Assembly (NCBI RefSeq): GCF_001194135.2
Contig: NC_068987.1
Span: 94,560,212 to 94,617,117, forward strand
Direction of reading: 5' to 3'
Length of the DNA: 56,906 bases
From: Octopus bimaculoides
Lineage: Eukaryota
Made by a program: the position numbers and the translations under genes. Position 1 is the first letter of the stretch; every line of letters starts with the position of its first letter. The notes beneath the pieces are model-generated. The model was not told the origin of the DNA. It did not search any database and saw nothing but the letters and a program-made list of their open reading frames with translations. Positions 14,250 through 25,879 of this stretch are shown here, one piece after another.

Positions 14250-14650
14250 AAGCTTGACAGCTAGTGTTGGTGTTTTACGTCCCCGTTACCTAGCGGTTCG
14301 ATAAAAGATACTGATAGATTAAGCACCAGGCTTTAAAAAAAAGTGCTAGTGTCGACCGGCATGACTGCAGTCTTATGACTAAAACAAATAAAAGATAAAA
14401 GAAACGTGTGTGTGTATGTGTGTGTGTGTGTGTCATTGAATCAGTGTTTATCCCTCCTCTACTGCTTGAAAACCGATGTTAGTGTGATTACGACCCTGCA
14501 AGTTTGCAGTTCTATAAAGCGGCCGATAGAATAGGTACCAGGCTTTAAAAAGGAAAAGAGTGCTGGGCTCGATTCATTCGACTAAAATTCTTCAAGGCTG
14601 TGCTCCATTGTGGCCGCAGTCTGAATGAAACAAGTAAAAGAATAGAAAGA
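14250..14650 (+). mobile_element. Two tandem partial SINE-A 3' halves
   Basis: CCCCGTTACCTAGCGGTTCG..TAAAAGATAAAAGA (14250-14402) and GAAAACCGATG..GGCCGCAGTC..GAAACAAGTAAAAGA (about 14430-14650). Confidence 0.75.
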
Positions 14651-15480
14651 ATACACAGACATACACGCACTGAAATTGCTCGTTTGTTGATGTACATCTG
14701 TCTACACACACACGTGACAAACAGTGCGAGACTGTTACATTTAATACACCGTAGCTAAAATTATTTGAAACAGTGACAAATTTCGAAGACTTCAGCCAAA
14801 AGTTCTTTTTTAAGGGTAAAAAAATATGTGCCAGGCTGAGAGTAAGGCAACCGTCTAAAATCCTTTCAAAACATAAACATCTTCAAGGATTGCACATAAG
14901 GAATATTGTCTTGTTTTTAGTTATTTTTTCTGTTATTTCCTCCACCTTGAAAGACATTCGCACGCACGCACGCGCACACACACACACACACACGTACGCG
15001 CACACACGCGTGGTTTGTTCAAATTCGCTTTTGTATCAAAATCTTGTTTCTTCAAGAGTTTGCTTTTTTCTGTCAAGTCTTAAATTAGAAATTTTGTCAA
15101 TATTTATATAACATGTGTTATTCTCTGGTGTGTACTTAATAATGTGTTCCTCCGAAAGTCTATTTGTATATGCGTATACATTTATACATAAACGCAGATA
15201 AATATACACACGTCTGTATATACGTATGCGTGTTAAAAATTCTTATTCCTAGTTCTTTCAATCTCCTTCTTTTGCTATAGTTAGGTACGTGAATATTACC
15301 TGTATTTCAAGTTTCACGTGCGTGTGCGCGCGCACACATACACATAATATATATAATTATATACACACACAAGAAAAGAAGTGTGCCCTTCTAAATAATG
15401 TTATGCCCTCTTTTCTCCTGACCTTCTGCCCTCCTTTCGAAAAATTTCTGGGACCGCGCCTGTATGTATTTAGGTATCTG

Positions 15481-15602
15481 CGTGTGTCCTTGTGTCTGTG
15501 TTTGTCCCCCTACCATCGCTTGACAACCGATGGCGGTGTGTTTATGTCCCCGTAACTTAGCGGTTCGGCAAAATGAAATTGATAGAGTAAGTACTAAGCT
15601 CT
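15481..15602 (+). mobile_element. SINE family A, central part (left piece of the split copy)
   Basis: TGTTTGTCCCCC..GCTTGACAACCGATG..CCCCGTAACTTAGCGGTTCGGCAAAA matches the 17080-17471 copy. Confidence 0.85.
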
Positions 15603-16153
15603 GATCTTTGTGGTTTTCGTCACTGTTTACAGTTTTGTTCCAGTTGTTTTCAAGTTTGGTATATGAATTAATTTTCGCATGTTAATTGTGAAAACGACAT
15701 TAATTTTTTCTACAAATCCATAATTAAAAAAGTTATTAGCCTTTAAAATTTACAAAATTTGGGTATTTTAGCCAATAAGAAGCGAATAGTTTACACATCA
15801 CCGTGGCGGAAAGCTCTGTTTTCATAATAACCAAAGATGCTGAGAAAGATAATCTACTATAAGAATTCTCCGTCACAACATATGAATGAGAAAGGATTGA
15901 TGGATAAAGGAAGGAAGGAGTGATGGCAAGCGGGTAGTGGAAGCGTTTCAACTGTGTGTATATGTGTGTATGTAAAAGGGAGGTATGTAAATGTCTGTGT
16001 GCATGTAAAGACAACCACTAGATAACATTGACAAGTGTATTAATTTGATTTACCATCCACATTTATAGTTCTACATTTAAGAGATGAGGAATTATGTACA
16101 TTATTTACATTATTTACATTTGACGGATATTTGTCTTCATCTTGTTTGATGTT

Positions 16154-16199
16154 AACACAACGTTTTGGCTGATATACCCTCCGGCCTTCATCAGGTGTC
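16154..16199 (-). ncRNA. Second hammerhead copy, probably inactive
   Basis: Minus strand reads AGACAC-CTGATGA-A-GGCCG..CAGCC-AAAAC-GTT-GTGTT. GAAA has become AAAA (plus-strand T at 16166, compatible with CpG deamination) and stem II has one mismatch. Confidence 0.7.
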
Positions 16200-16270
16200 T
16201 TGAGGGAATTTTGGTCCTGGGTTCTCATTCCTAAGGTATTTTTCCATTTTATTATTATTATAGGCAGTGA

Positions 16271-16335
<65 letters not shown>

Positions 16336-16382
16336 TTGAAAAATAGCTGAGGAATGAGAACCCAGGTTCGAAATTTCCCCAA

Positions 16383-16428
16383 GACACCTGATGAAGGTTG
16401 AAGGGTATATCGACCGAAACGTTGTGTT
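16383..16428 (+). ncRNA. Minimal type-I hammerhead ribozyme of Penelope-like type, core intact
   Basis: GACAC-CTGATGA-A-GGTTGA(AGGGTATA)TCGACC-GAAAC-GTT-GTGTT. CUGAUGA box is 16388-16394; 6-bp stem II (one G-U pair); GAAA 16416-16419; palindromic ACGT stem III; GUU cleavage triplet 16421-16423; stem I GACAC/GTGTT. Confidence 0.8.
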
Positions 16429-16889
16429 AAAAACAAACAGGATGAGGACAAATATCCGTCAAATGTAAATAATATTCTCATATATATGTAAAATACTACA
16501 ATTGGCTGTCATTTTTGACGGCACGGGGCCAGCTAGTTTATTTTATAAAAATCCTAGAGTGTATTGCAAACTTCCGTTCTCGATTTTTTAAAACTAATAA
16601 ATGTCTGTTTTAAAGACAGTTTTGACTGTTATTTCTAGCAATTTTTTGACGTGCCGATGTCCCATCTCCCCTCTGATGATGAAAGAGGCAGCGAATGCGC
16701 TGTTTTCTGATTTGCAGAAAATTCTGAAAATTATCAAACTTTGAACACTTGTAACATTTTCGCAAATTTTTTCCGGAATAAATGAAAAACAATTTCCGAT
16801 TCAGCGTCAAAGATTAATTACATTAAGATGATACTTTAAAAAACTTTTTTAAAGATAATCGTAAAGAGTGACGAAAACCACAAAGATCC

Positions 16890-17006
16890 CTAAGCTCTCA
16901 ACGAATAAGTTCTGCGGTCGATTTCTTCGACTAAAAAACCCTTTTAAGGCGGTGCTTCAGCATGGTTGCAGTCAAATTACTGAAACGTGTAAAAGAATCA
17001 AAGAAT
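16890..17006 (+). mobile_element. SINE family A, 3' tail (right piece of the split copy)
   Basis: GAATAAGT..GGTCGATTT..GACTAAA..AAGGCGGTGCTTCAGCATGG..GCAGTCAAAT.ACTGAAAC..TAAAAGAA continues the SINE exactly after the TSD. Confidence 0.85.
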
Positions 17007-17079
17007 ATAGCGCGCGCTTGCAGTATTCATAAATATATATTTGCATACACACACACACACACACACACACATGAAATAG

Positions 17080-17471
17080 TACTCTTTTACTCTTTTACTT
17101 GTTTCAGTCATTTGACTGCGGCCATGCTGGAGCACCGCCTTTAGTCGAGCAAATCGACCCCGGGACTTATTCTTTGTAAGCCTAGTAACTTATTTTATCG
17201 GTTCTTTTGCCGAACCGCTAAGTGACGGGGACATAAACACACCAGCATCGGTTGTCAAGCAATGCTAGGGGGACAAACACAGACACACATATACATATAT
17301 ACATATATACGACGGGCTTCTTTCAGTTTCCGTCTACCAAATCCACTCACAAGGCTTTGGTCGGCCCGAGTCTATAGTAGAAGACACTTGCCCAAGATGC
17401 CACGCAGTGGGACTGAACCCGGAACCATGTGGTTGGTAAGCAAGCTACTTACCACACAGCCACTCCTGCGC
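17080..17471 (-). mobile_element. Full-length tRNA-derived SINE family A (CORE-like middle, CR1-type tail)
   Basis: Head GCGCAGGAGTGGCTGTGTGG (A box) and GGTTCAGTCCC (B-box-like); CTTGGGCAAGT CORE-like motif; (TAAAAGAG)n tail; CpGs retained. It may be one of the described octopus OK/OR SINEs, but I cannot assign which. Confidence 0.9.
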
Positions 17472-19144
17472 AATTATAGCCTATATTTGAATAAATGTGT
17501 TATAAAATTTCGGAAGTTTCGTTCCTGTTTACAACACACCCAACCCAACCTAATCCCTGACTTGGTAGAAGCTCCTGGCCTTATGTTCGATAATTTCTTT
17601 CAATTACAATTGTGTATGTGGCAGGACTTTTCAATAATAGATGACAACAACAGAACAGCGAGGTATGTAATAAAAAGTTTTTAAATTTATATTTTCCCTT
17701 AAAGTAGTGGCCACATGCATAAAAATTATTCCGACTGAACGTCAGAACTGTGTTGTGAAATCGATTCCGCTGATAGTATTTTACTGGTGAGACAAGGCTG
17801 AGTTTCGGGTTCAAATTCCATTCATATGTACTTTTCTTATCCCTAAAACATCTCCTGAAGAATGTGTATGAGATATTCATTATAACACCTGCTTGCAAAT
17901 ACATTCGTTTACTTTATAACAAATAATTGACTTTTAAATTCTCGTAAGCATAATCTCTTCGTCCTTATCCGTGTGTATGTGGGTGTGTTTAAAGTATGCA
18001 CTTGTTCATATATTTTTAAACTCTAAGTGAATTGTACTTGCACTTCTGCATTGAATGATTAATAGGAACTTACTACACAGACCTTCATTTAGAATCCTGA
18101 CTAAGTCTGTTGAATCAAGAGTTGTTTTCAAGGAAGCTCCTCGATGTTCTCGCAGATATTGGCTTGCACACGCATTCACTCACATCAACATTCAAGCATT
18201 TCTAGGTATTATATTCTTTAGAAATGTTTCAAAATCTCTCCACCCTGTCTCTTTTACATATATTTAGAGTAATGAACGCTAGATGGGTTAAGTAGAAATC
18301 TAATCATGGCTCCACTTCTCTTGTTTCCTCCACCACTTCAATGTCCTCCTCACAACAACGGTTTTTATTACAACAATTTATTAACTGATGTCTCTCGCAG
18401 GTCCTCCTCCTCCTCTTGCTACTTCCTTTAATCCGTTGATGACCAATTATAGTGCAAGCATGCGCAAAGTTCATGCGACCTGGCTATACTCTCCTTTTAT
18501 TTGAGGATTGCCGTCGAGGGTCACTATGCTTTTGTTTTATTTCTCTAATTATGGGCAAACCTCAGTTCATTAAACAGTTTTAAGTTTATCTTTCAGTATG
18601 TTGCCACTTACCGTTCATTTATTTAAATTGTACAGCAACAATAACATCTGCCGTTAATTATATTAGATGCCTGTGTAGTTGGGAGACACATGGACGCCCT
18701 ATTGGCCCACCTGCCTTTGGCACAGTGGAACATCAAGGACGTGACAGCTGGAGAGAGAGAGGTGGAGGAGGGACTGAGCTGCACCAGACTTGTCACACAG
18801 TGATTCTGTCTCAGAATTATGTCAAAGATGCACATATCTGTTGAATACACAATCACTTATATGCTAGTTCTGTGGGTGGCTTGATTAAACAGCTGAATCT
18901 TTGTCTTCACCGCTGTCAAACATCTATCTTATCTGTCTGTCTTTGTGCATGCATACATGCATATGTGTGTGTGTGTGTGTGTAATCGTAGTAATTTCCTT
19001 TGGGCATTACGTCCAGGGCAGCTCATGAATTGTTGCACATATTATTGAACAAAATAGTAATGTTGTTCATTAGAATGATGTTCAACGAAACAATTGTAAA
19101 TCGGTAAAATAAGAGGAGCTGTTCACTCCATTCTCCTTCGTAGT

Positions 19145-19518
19145 ATCTTTAACATTTTGCTCGTTTTAGTCACTGAAGTGTGGCCTTGCTGGAGCAGCAC
19201 CTTGAAAGGTTTTAGTTGAACAAGTCAACATTCAGTATCTATTTCTTAAAGGCTGGTATTTATTCCGTCACACTATATGCTGAAGTGTTAAGCATCGGGG
19301 ATGTAAACAAACCAGCGCTGGTTGTCAAGCAGTGGATGTGGGATAAATGCACACAGAGACACACGCATAAATATACATATATACGATGGGCTTCTAACCA
19401 GTTTCCGTCTTCCAAATTCACTCACAAAGCATTGGTCAGTTTGGGGTTAAAGTAGAAACCACTTACTTGCCCAAGATGTTGTGCTGTGGAACTGAACCTG
19501 AAGCTTTTTGTCCATGCA

Positions 19519-19522
<4 letters not shown>
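19145..19522 (-). mobile_element. SINE family A, CpG-decayed
   Basis: GGCCTTGCTGGAGCAGCACC..GGTTGTCAAGC..CAGTTTCCGTCT..CTCACAAAGC..CTTGCCCAAG; homologous to 17080-17471. Confidence 0.8.
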
Positions 19523-19555
<33 letters not shown>

Positions 19556-20974
19556 GTTGACTCTGCTTTTCTGTCTCTATGCACTGGCTATTAGTTTGTA
19601 GATTGTTATAACAAATACAGGAGCAATTATGGCGGCTAATTTTCACCACCACCACCACCACCACCACCCACTAAATTAGTAAGATTAGTAAGGGTAGGAA
19701 AGCCTCCACCACTATAGCCACCAAACTAATTAACATGAGCCATAGGCAGTTGGCTTTTACCACTGACAAGTGGTCTTTCTTTAAAAAAGAAACAAAATTA
19801 AGGAAGGGGAATGAAAATAAAGCAAGAGATTTAAAAGAAAAAAACAACGAAAAGAAAGTAATTTCACACCCAACAGGAACCACTTGAGTGACACCAAATA
19901 AATGCAATTGAATACATATCTATATACACACACAATTTCTAAGAAAGCCTTCTATTTTGAAGTTCTTACTCATTGCTTAGAAATTAAGGAACATTTCTGT
20001 TGTCTACTACCACCACCACCACCACCCCACACACACACTACCACCATCACCATTACAAAAAGTTTTGTTTCTCTTTTCTCATCTATTGAAGTTAAACTAG
20101 ATTTTCAGAAGTATATCCACATACACAAACAGACATTTTGAATAGAGAAAGAAATCTTTTGGAGCTGCCTCACAATTCTGTACTTAATTGCTGTTTACTT
20201 TCCTGTTCCATTTACCCCAACATCCAGACTTATGATTGGTTCACAGAGTATTAATGTGAGTGAGAATATATATATATATATGTGAAATGTTTAGCTTTTA
20301 TTAGCACTTAGCAACGAGCATCTCTAAATTGTTCTCTGTTGCTGGCAATAATAACATGATAATTCCTCTACAATTCTTTGCATGATAAAAAGACAGATTG
20401 TTTGTGTAATGCCAGAAAATAACATATCACACATGTGAGAATTGTCAGTGTCCTCAAAGCAAACAATAAGCATGCATATGCTGTAAAACAGGCAATACCT
20501 TGGGATAGAAAAAAAGGTTAGGTGGGTGTCTGATAGCTTATTTGTTGGAGAGTAATTGCACTGTAAGTCAATAGTCAACACTGATAAAACGGCTTCATTT
20601 AAAGGAGACAGGACACACTTTGTCCTATAATCGATGACATAGTCATCTAAGACACAGAGAGCTTGCTTTTTGCTTAATATTCTCATTTTTAATTGAGTGC
20701 TTATAATGTCTTATATCATCTATGTTATACCAAATCATAGTCATTAATTTAGGTAGATAAATGGCTACACAAATAAAGAGACAGAGAGAGAGATGGATGA
20801 ATAGATGAGTTTTAGATAAATTGATGGATTTTATCTGTTTTCTTATGTCACACACAAATTCCCTGTCATTGAGAGCTATTTCGTCTGACAAAATGGTTTG
20901 CTGTTCTTATATTTGTAACGTGAATCCATTCACCTCTTCATATGTTGTGTGTGCATGTGTGTTTATGATGATCA

Positions 20975-21165
20975 TCATCATTTAACACCCACTTTCCATG
21001 CTGTCATGGACTGGACTGCTGGACAGGAGCTAGCTAGGCACAAGACTGCACCATGCTTCACTATCCCTTTCGGCATGGTTTGTTTTGCAGCTGGATACCC
21101 TTCCAAATACCAACCACTTTACATTGTGGACTGGATGTTTTTTACATGGCACCAACACTGGCAGA
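20975..21165 (-). mobile_element. Family C-related copy
   Basis: CATCATCATTTAACACCCACTTTCCATGCTG..CTGGATACCCTTCCAAATACCAACCAC. Confidence 0.7.
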
Positions 21166-21171
21166 GTAATA

Positions 21172-21212
<41 letters not shown>

Positions 21213-21437
21213 GTATATGCCTATATATAAACATATATATAAATATATATATATGTATAAACATATATATAAATATATATATATGTATAAACATATATAT
21301 NNNNNNNNNNNNNNNNNNNNNNNNNNNNNNNNNNNNNNNNNNNNNNNNNNNNNNNNNNNNNNNNNNNNNNNNNNNNNNNNNNNNNNNNNNNNNNNNNNNN
21401 NNNNNNNNNNNNNNNNNNNNNNNNNNNNNNNNNNNNN

Positions 21438-21482
<45 letters not shown>

Positions 21483-21538
21483 CACATATATATTTATATA
21501 TACATATACATATATATATACATATACATATATATGTG

Positions 21539-21587
<49 letters not shown>

Positions 21588-22202
21588 TCTCTCTATAATA
21601 TCTATATCTTAACTACCATAACACCATCAATGAACTATTGTGTATCATATTTGAACGACCACAAATATGTTGAATGTATTTATTTATATGTATATATAGG
21701 GTAATACCGTTTCTCTAAGGAATGCTTGTGTTCAAGGAAAGACACACACACACACACACACACACACCTGAGTTTGTCATGGGTTAGGCTACACGTAGAA
21801 ATGTGACTTACTTTTCAAATTCTTCCCTGAGGAAACACCCAATTGATTGGTTTCGAATATGGGAATTTGAATTGAATTTGATTTCTGTAATTGGATTGGT
21901 TGGGTGTGGAAACAGCTTTAGGCCGGAATTTTTCTATATGAATAGGAATGTATTTAAATAAATAAAATCTGTGAGTCAATTTTATCCATTTTCTTCATTT
22001 TCTCATTCATAAAGTTCTTTAAATACCTATACGTTTCAATGACAGACTGATATACTTGGTTTTCACTGAACACGAGTATCAGCCAGAGAACTAGGATGCT
22101 TGCATCACTTAAAGGAATTTAACTCTTTGTCTTAATAAGATATATATATATATATGTATTTTATTATACATGCATATATATAAATACAAATATATTTATA
22201 TA

Positions 22203-22356
22203 GGTGTAGGAGTGGCTGTGTGGTAAGTAGCTTGCTTATGAACCACATGGTTCTGGGTTCAGTCCCAATGTGTGGCACCTTGGGCAAGTTTCTTCTACTA
22301 TAGTCTCGGGCCAACCAAAGCCTTGTGAGTGGATTTGGTAGACGGAAACTGAAATC
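22203..22356 (+). mobile_element. SINE family A 5' half, CpG-decayed
   Basis: GGTGTAGGAGTGGCTGTGTGGTAAGTAGCTTGC..GGGTTCAGTCCC..CCTTGGGCAAG..GGATTTGGTAGACGGAAACTGAAA. Confidence 0.85.
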
Positions 22357-22506
22357 CACGTATATATATATATATATATATATGTAAATGATAGGCTTGC
22401 CTCAATCCTTCAGGGGTAGTCTGAAGCATCCAAGCAACCAGGATGTATTTGTTGCTCCATTCTCCACATAAATATATATATATATGTATATATGTTTATA
22501 TGTATG

Positions 22507-22549
<43 letters not shown>

Positions 22550-22726
22550 GTGTTTGTCCCATCAACGTCACTTCACCAGTCCTCAGTCAAATCGTCCATC
22601 CCATGCTAGCATGGAAAGTGGATGTTAAACGATGATGATGATGATGTGTATATATATGTATATGTATGTATGTGTATATATGTATGTATATATGTTTGTA
22701 TGTATATATGTATGTATATATATATG

Positions 22727-22757
<31 letters not shown>

Positions 22758-22779
22758 GCATATATATACATATATATAT

Positions 22780-23050
22780 GCATATTTCCAAAGGTCCCGG
22801 TCACTGGTCATTGCCTCGGTGAGGCCTAAAGTTCGAAGGTCATGCTTCACCACCTCATCCCAGGTCTTCCTGGGTCTACCTCTTCCACAGGTTCCCTCAA
22901 CTGCTAGGGCATGGCATTTTTTCACACAGCTATCCTCATCCATTCTTGCCACATGTCCATACCAGCGCAATCGTCTCTCTTGCACACCACAACTGATGCA
23001 TCTTGGGTCTAACGTTTCTCTCAAGGTACTTACACTGTGTCGAGTATGCA
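22780..23050 (-). mobile_element. RTE-clade LINE ORF2 C-terminal fragment
   Basis: Translates [70 protein letters not shown], with the RTE hallmarks RLRWxGHV and RGRPRKTW. Confidence 0.9.
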
Positions 23051-23062
23051 CACACATATATA

Positions 23063-23255
23063 TCACCATCATCATCATCATCATCGTTGTCATTTAATGT
23101 CCCCTTCCCATGCTGCCATTGGTTGGATGGTTTGATTGATGACTGGCAAGCCAGGAGACAGCACCAAGCTCCAATCTCTTTTGGCAAGGTTTCTACCTTC
23201 CTAATGCCAGCCACTCCGACAGTGTAGTGGGTGCTCTCTATGTTCCAGAAACATT
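23063..23255 (-). mobile_element. Family C copy
   Basis: (CAT)n..TTTAATGTCCCCTTCCCATGCTG..CTTCCTAATGCCAGCCACTCCGACAGTGTAGTGGGTGC. Confidence 0.75.
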
Positions 23256-23517
23256 AACAGCAGCTGCAAGATGTTAATAAGTGGAGAAAAAACTCATCAT
23301 CATCTTCATCGTCATTACATCCATGCTTGTAGGGGTGAAGTGGAGCTTATTGAGACAGTTTTCCTATGGCCAGTACCTACCCTATCATCAACCTTTACCT
23401 TTTTCCAAGCAAGGTAATATGCCTCTGTGGCCAGACATGTTTTTGCATAATACTGGAAACGGAAGTTATTCACTTTCAATAATCATGCAATATCAAGACA
23501 AGTAGATAAAAACTTGT

Positions 23518-23611
<94 letters not shown>

Positions 23612-23864
23612 ATATATTTGGCTATATGCAAATTAAGCTACCTGCTATGGTGGCAGATTAGTTTATGATTGTTTTGTAGAACAGTTGAATGTCCCATGCA
23701 ACTGAGGAGGAAACCAGGAATATTTTCTCCAAGGACCTGTCAACAATACAAGAAACAGTTTGGTGGGAGACCTACACACACACACACACACACATTCATT
23801 TCTGCACACCAAAGCCACAGGAGGAATGTGTTAATATTATTATTTCTCTCATTGCAAGACTTTC

Positions 23865-23900
<36 letters not shown>

Positions 23901-24210
23901 GCTGCATCATATATCAAAATTCCTACCTCCTCCCTGTGCTCATTTGCCACCCAAAATCTCTGCCATGAGCCATGCGATATGTGGTGTTATTAATTGACTA
24001 AGAAGAATTGGGTGCTTGGCAAAGTGACGAACTCTCTGTGCTGGGAATACTTGTGTTTATAGGCACAAAAGTAGTGTACTGGAGAACTGTTGGTAATGGA
24101 TGATGGTGATGGCAGTGGTTGTGGTGATGCTGTTTGTGATGATGTTGGTGGGTAATGGAAGGACAAGCACTGATAGTGTGGCGACATCTCAATTACTTGC
24201 TTATCAGTTG

Positions 24211-24242
<32 letters not shown>

Positions 24243-25879
24243 GGTATTATCTTTCATAAGTGGAAAGCTAGGCACCCTATAACTACAGTGTTGACTGCCT
24301 GCCATCCACCATATTTTAATAGTCTTTCACTTTTATTTGGCACTCCCTTCTATAACTACTCCCTGTGTGTATGTATGTGATGGAGTTGGGTGATTGCAAT
24401 TTCAAATCCACTACAAGCATTTTCCTCATGTAGTTTTGGCAATAGGCTTCATTCTATACTGTGTCCATTAACTTTGCTGCCAGGCTTTTTTAGTGCTTGT
24501 TCTTACGAGAATGTTTCCTAAATGCATAGTACTGGTACCTTAAACGATGGAAAAATATATTTCTCATTTAGACAAAGCTATGGAGCTGGGGCTTCATACA
24601 AGCCCTTAAGAATCTGCTGGCATTTGAGGAGACATTCATCTCTTTCTCTCTCTGTTTCTCTCTCTCTCGCTCTCCCTCTATCTTTCTCTCTCTCACACAC
24701 ACACGCATGCACATGCACACACATTTCCAAAGAGATACAGGTTAGTTGTTCATTGATGGGCTAAGCCTTTTTGCCAGAAAAGTTATTGCTGTTTATAAAC
24801 ATGTTATTCATGATCATTATATAAACTATGGTGGTGATTTACATTTGTATATTGCATATATATTCATATCCATTAAATTTTTATTATCCTAACCATATCA
24901 AAATTGACAACAGTTCTACTAATGACAGAAAAATGCTGCATTGAATCAAAATAATAAAAGAAAGCATTGATGAATTTCTGAAACAAAGACTTTGCACTTT
25001 TTATTTAACAGAAGAAATATTGGAATCATTCATAAATAACTGTGAGATTTTTACAACTGTGAAACCTTTTATATCTTTCACTGGAAAATGTGTGTGTGTG
25101 TTTGGGTAGTACACTTCTATATTGTGTCCATTAACTTAGTTGTCAAAATATTGATGCTTGTTCATATAGGAATGTTACTTGAATACATAGCACTTGTATC
25201 TTATGAGGAATTTATTTCTAATAAGGACAAAGCATTGTAACCAGGGCTAATATTTAATTTCACATGCATATACACACACACACACAAGAAGAATTGAACA
25301 GTAAACTATTTTCTATTGCTTGCAAATATTTTTTCCAAATAACCAGCATTGTGCTTTGTTTGTGATTGATTGATTCTCGTATATAAGATTCAGTGAGAAA
25401 GACAAAAGTTATACATTATGTGTGTGTGTATGTATGCATGTGGAATCTCCATCATATACAATCAATACATTGCATACTTTGTATTCATCTTTTCTTTTTT
25501 TTTTTTCTCCTTTTTTAGTCGATGTAAACCATGCAATTAAGTGAAAATATATTTCTCGCAAAATTTATGACAAAATTTGCCAATACATATTGATCAAATT
25601 ACCTTCTACAACAGCAATTGCAAAACCTGTCACTAAAGCTCTCTACAATTTACTTCCTCTCCATTTGTAGTTTCTGTCGCACTGTGTCTACAAACAAAAT
25701 TAAGCGATAATGTTTATTATATTTGTAGGTCTATATTATATATGCACATGTATGATATATATGCGCGCACGCACGCGCATGTGCATATATATATCGTTTA
25801 TTAAAGGTGAAGTAGAATTTGGAAGTTGCTGATGAGTTTTATCTTTTTTCAATGTGAGGGTAGACTGTCTAACCCCATA

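Larger units (their letters stand above)
16050..16478. mobile_element. Penelope-like element terminal repeat (pseudo-LTR) pair in inverted orientation
   Basis: Two 136-bp arms, 16109-16244 and 16338-16473, are reverse complements with scattered mismatches. They flank an (ATT)/(AAT)n spacer and each contains a hammerhead motif. Inverted pLTRs with hammerheads are characteristic of Penelope-like elements. Confidence 0.7.
15603..16889. mobile_element. Non-autonomous DNA transposon (MITE-like) with 28-bp TIRs and a 9-bp TSD
   Basis: Left TIR GATCTTTGTGGTTTTCGTCACTGTTTAC (15603-15630) matches the reverse complement of 16861-16888 with 1 mismatch. Direct repeat CTAAGCTCT lies at 15594-15602 and 16890-16898, and it interrupts a SINE-A copy. 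Confidence 0.85.

Noticed and set aside
16347-16378. A second CTGAGGA..GAAATTTC hammerhead-like string just upstream of the ribozyme
   Set aside because: No stem I, and the left arm reads CCTTAGGA at this position, so the box is a chance mutation.
18612-18856. GC-richer segment with a minus-strand ACG|GTAAGT donor and a plus-strand MDALLAHLPLAQW frame
   Set aside because: Frames close before the donor and no protein family is recognised; kept only as part of the boundary finding.
20324-20686. 120-aa minus-strand ORF with a plausible acceptor before DDYVIDYR
   Set aside because: No recognisable domain and a weak donor; by rough estimate an ORF of this length is expected about once by chance in this window.
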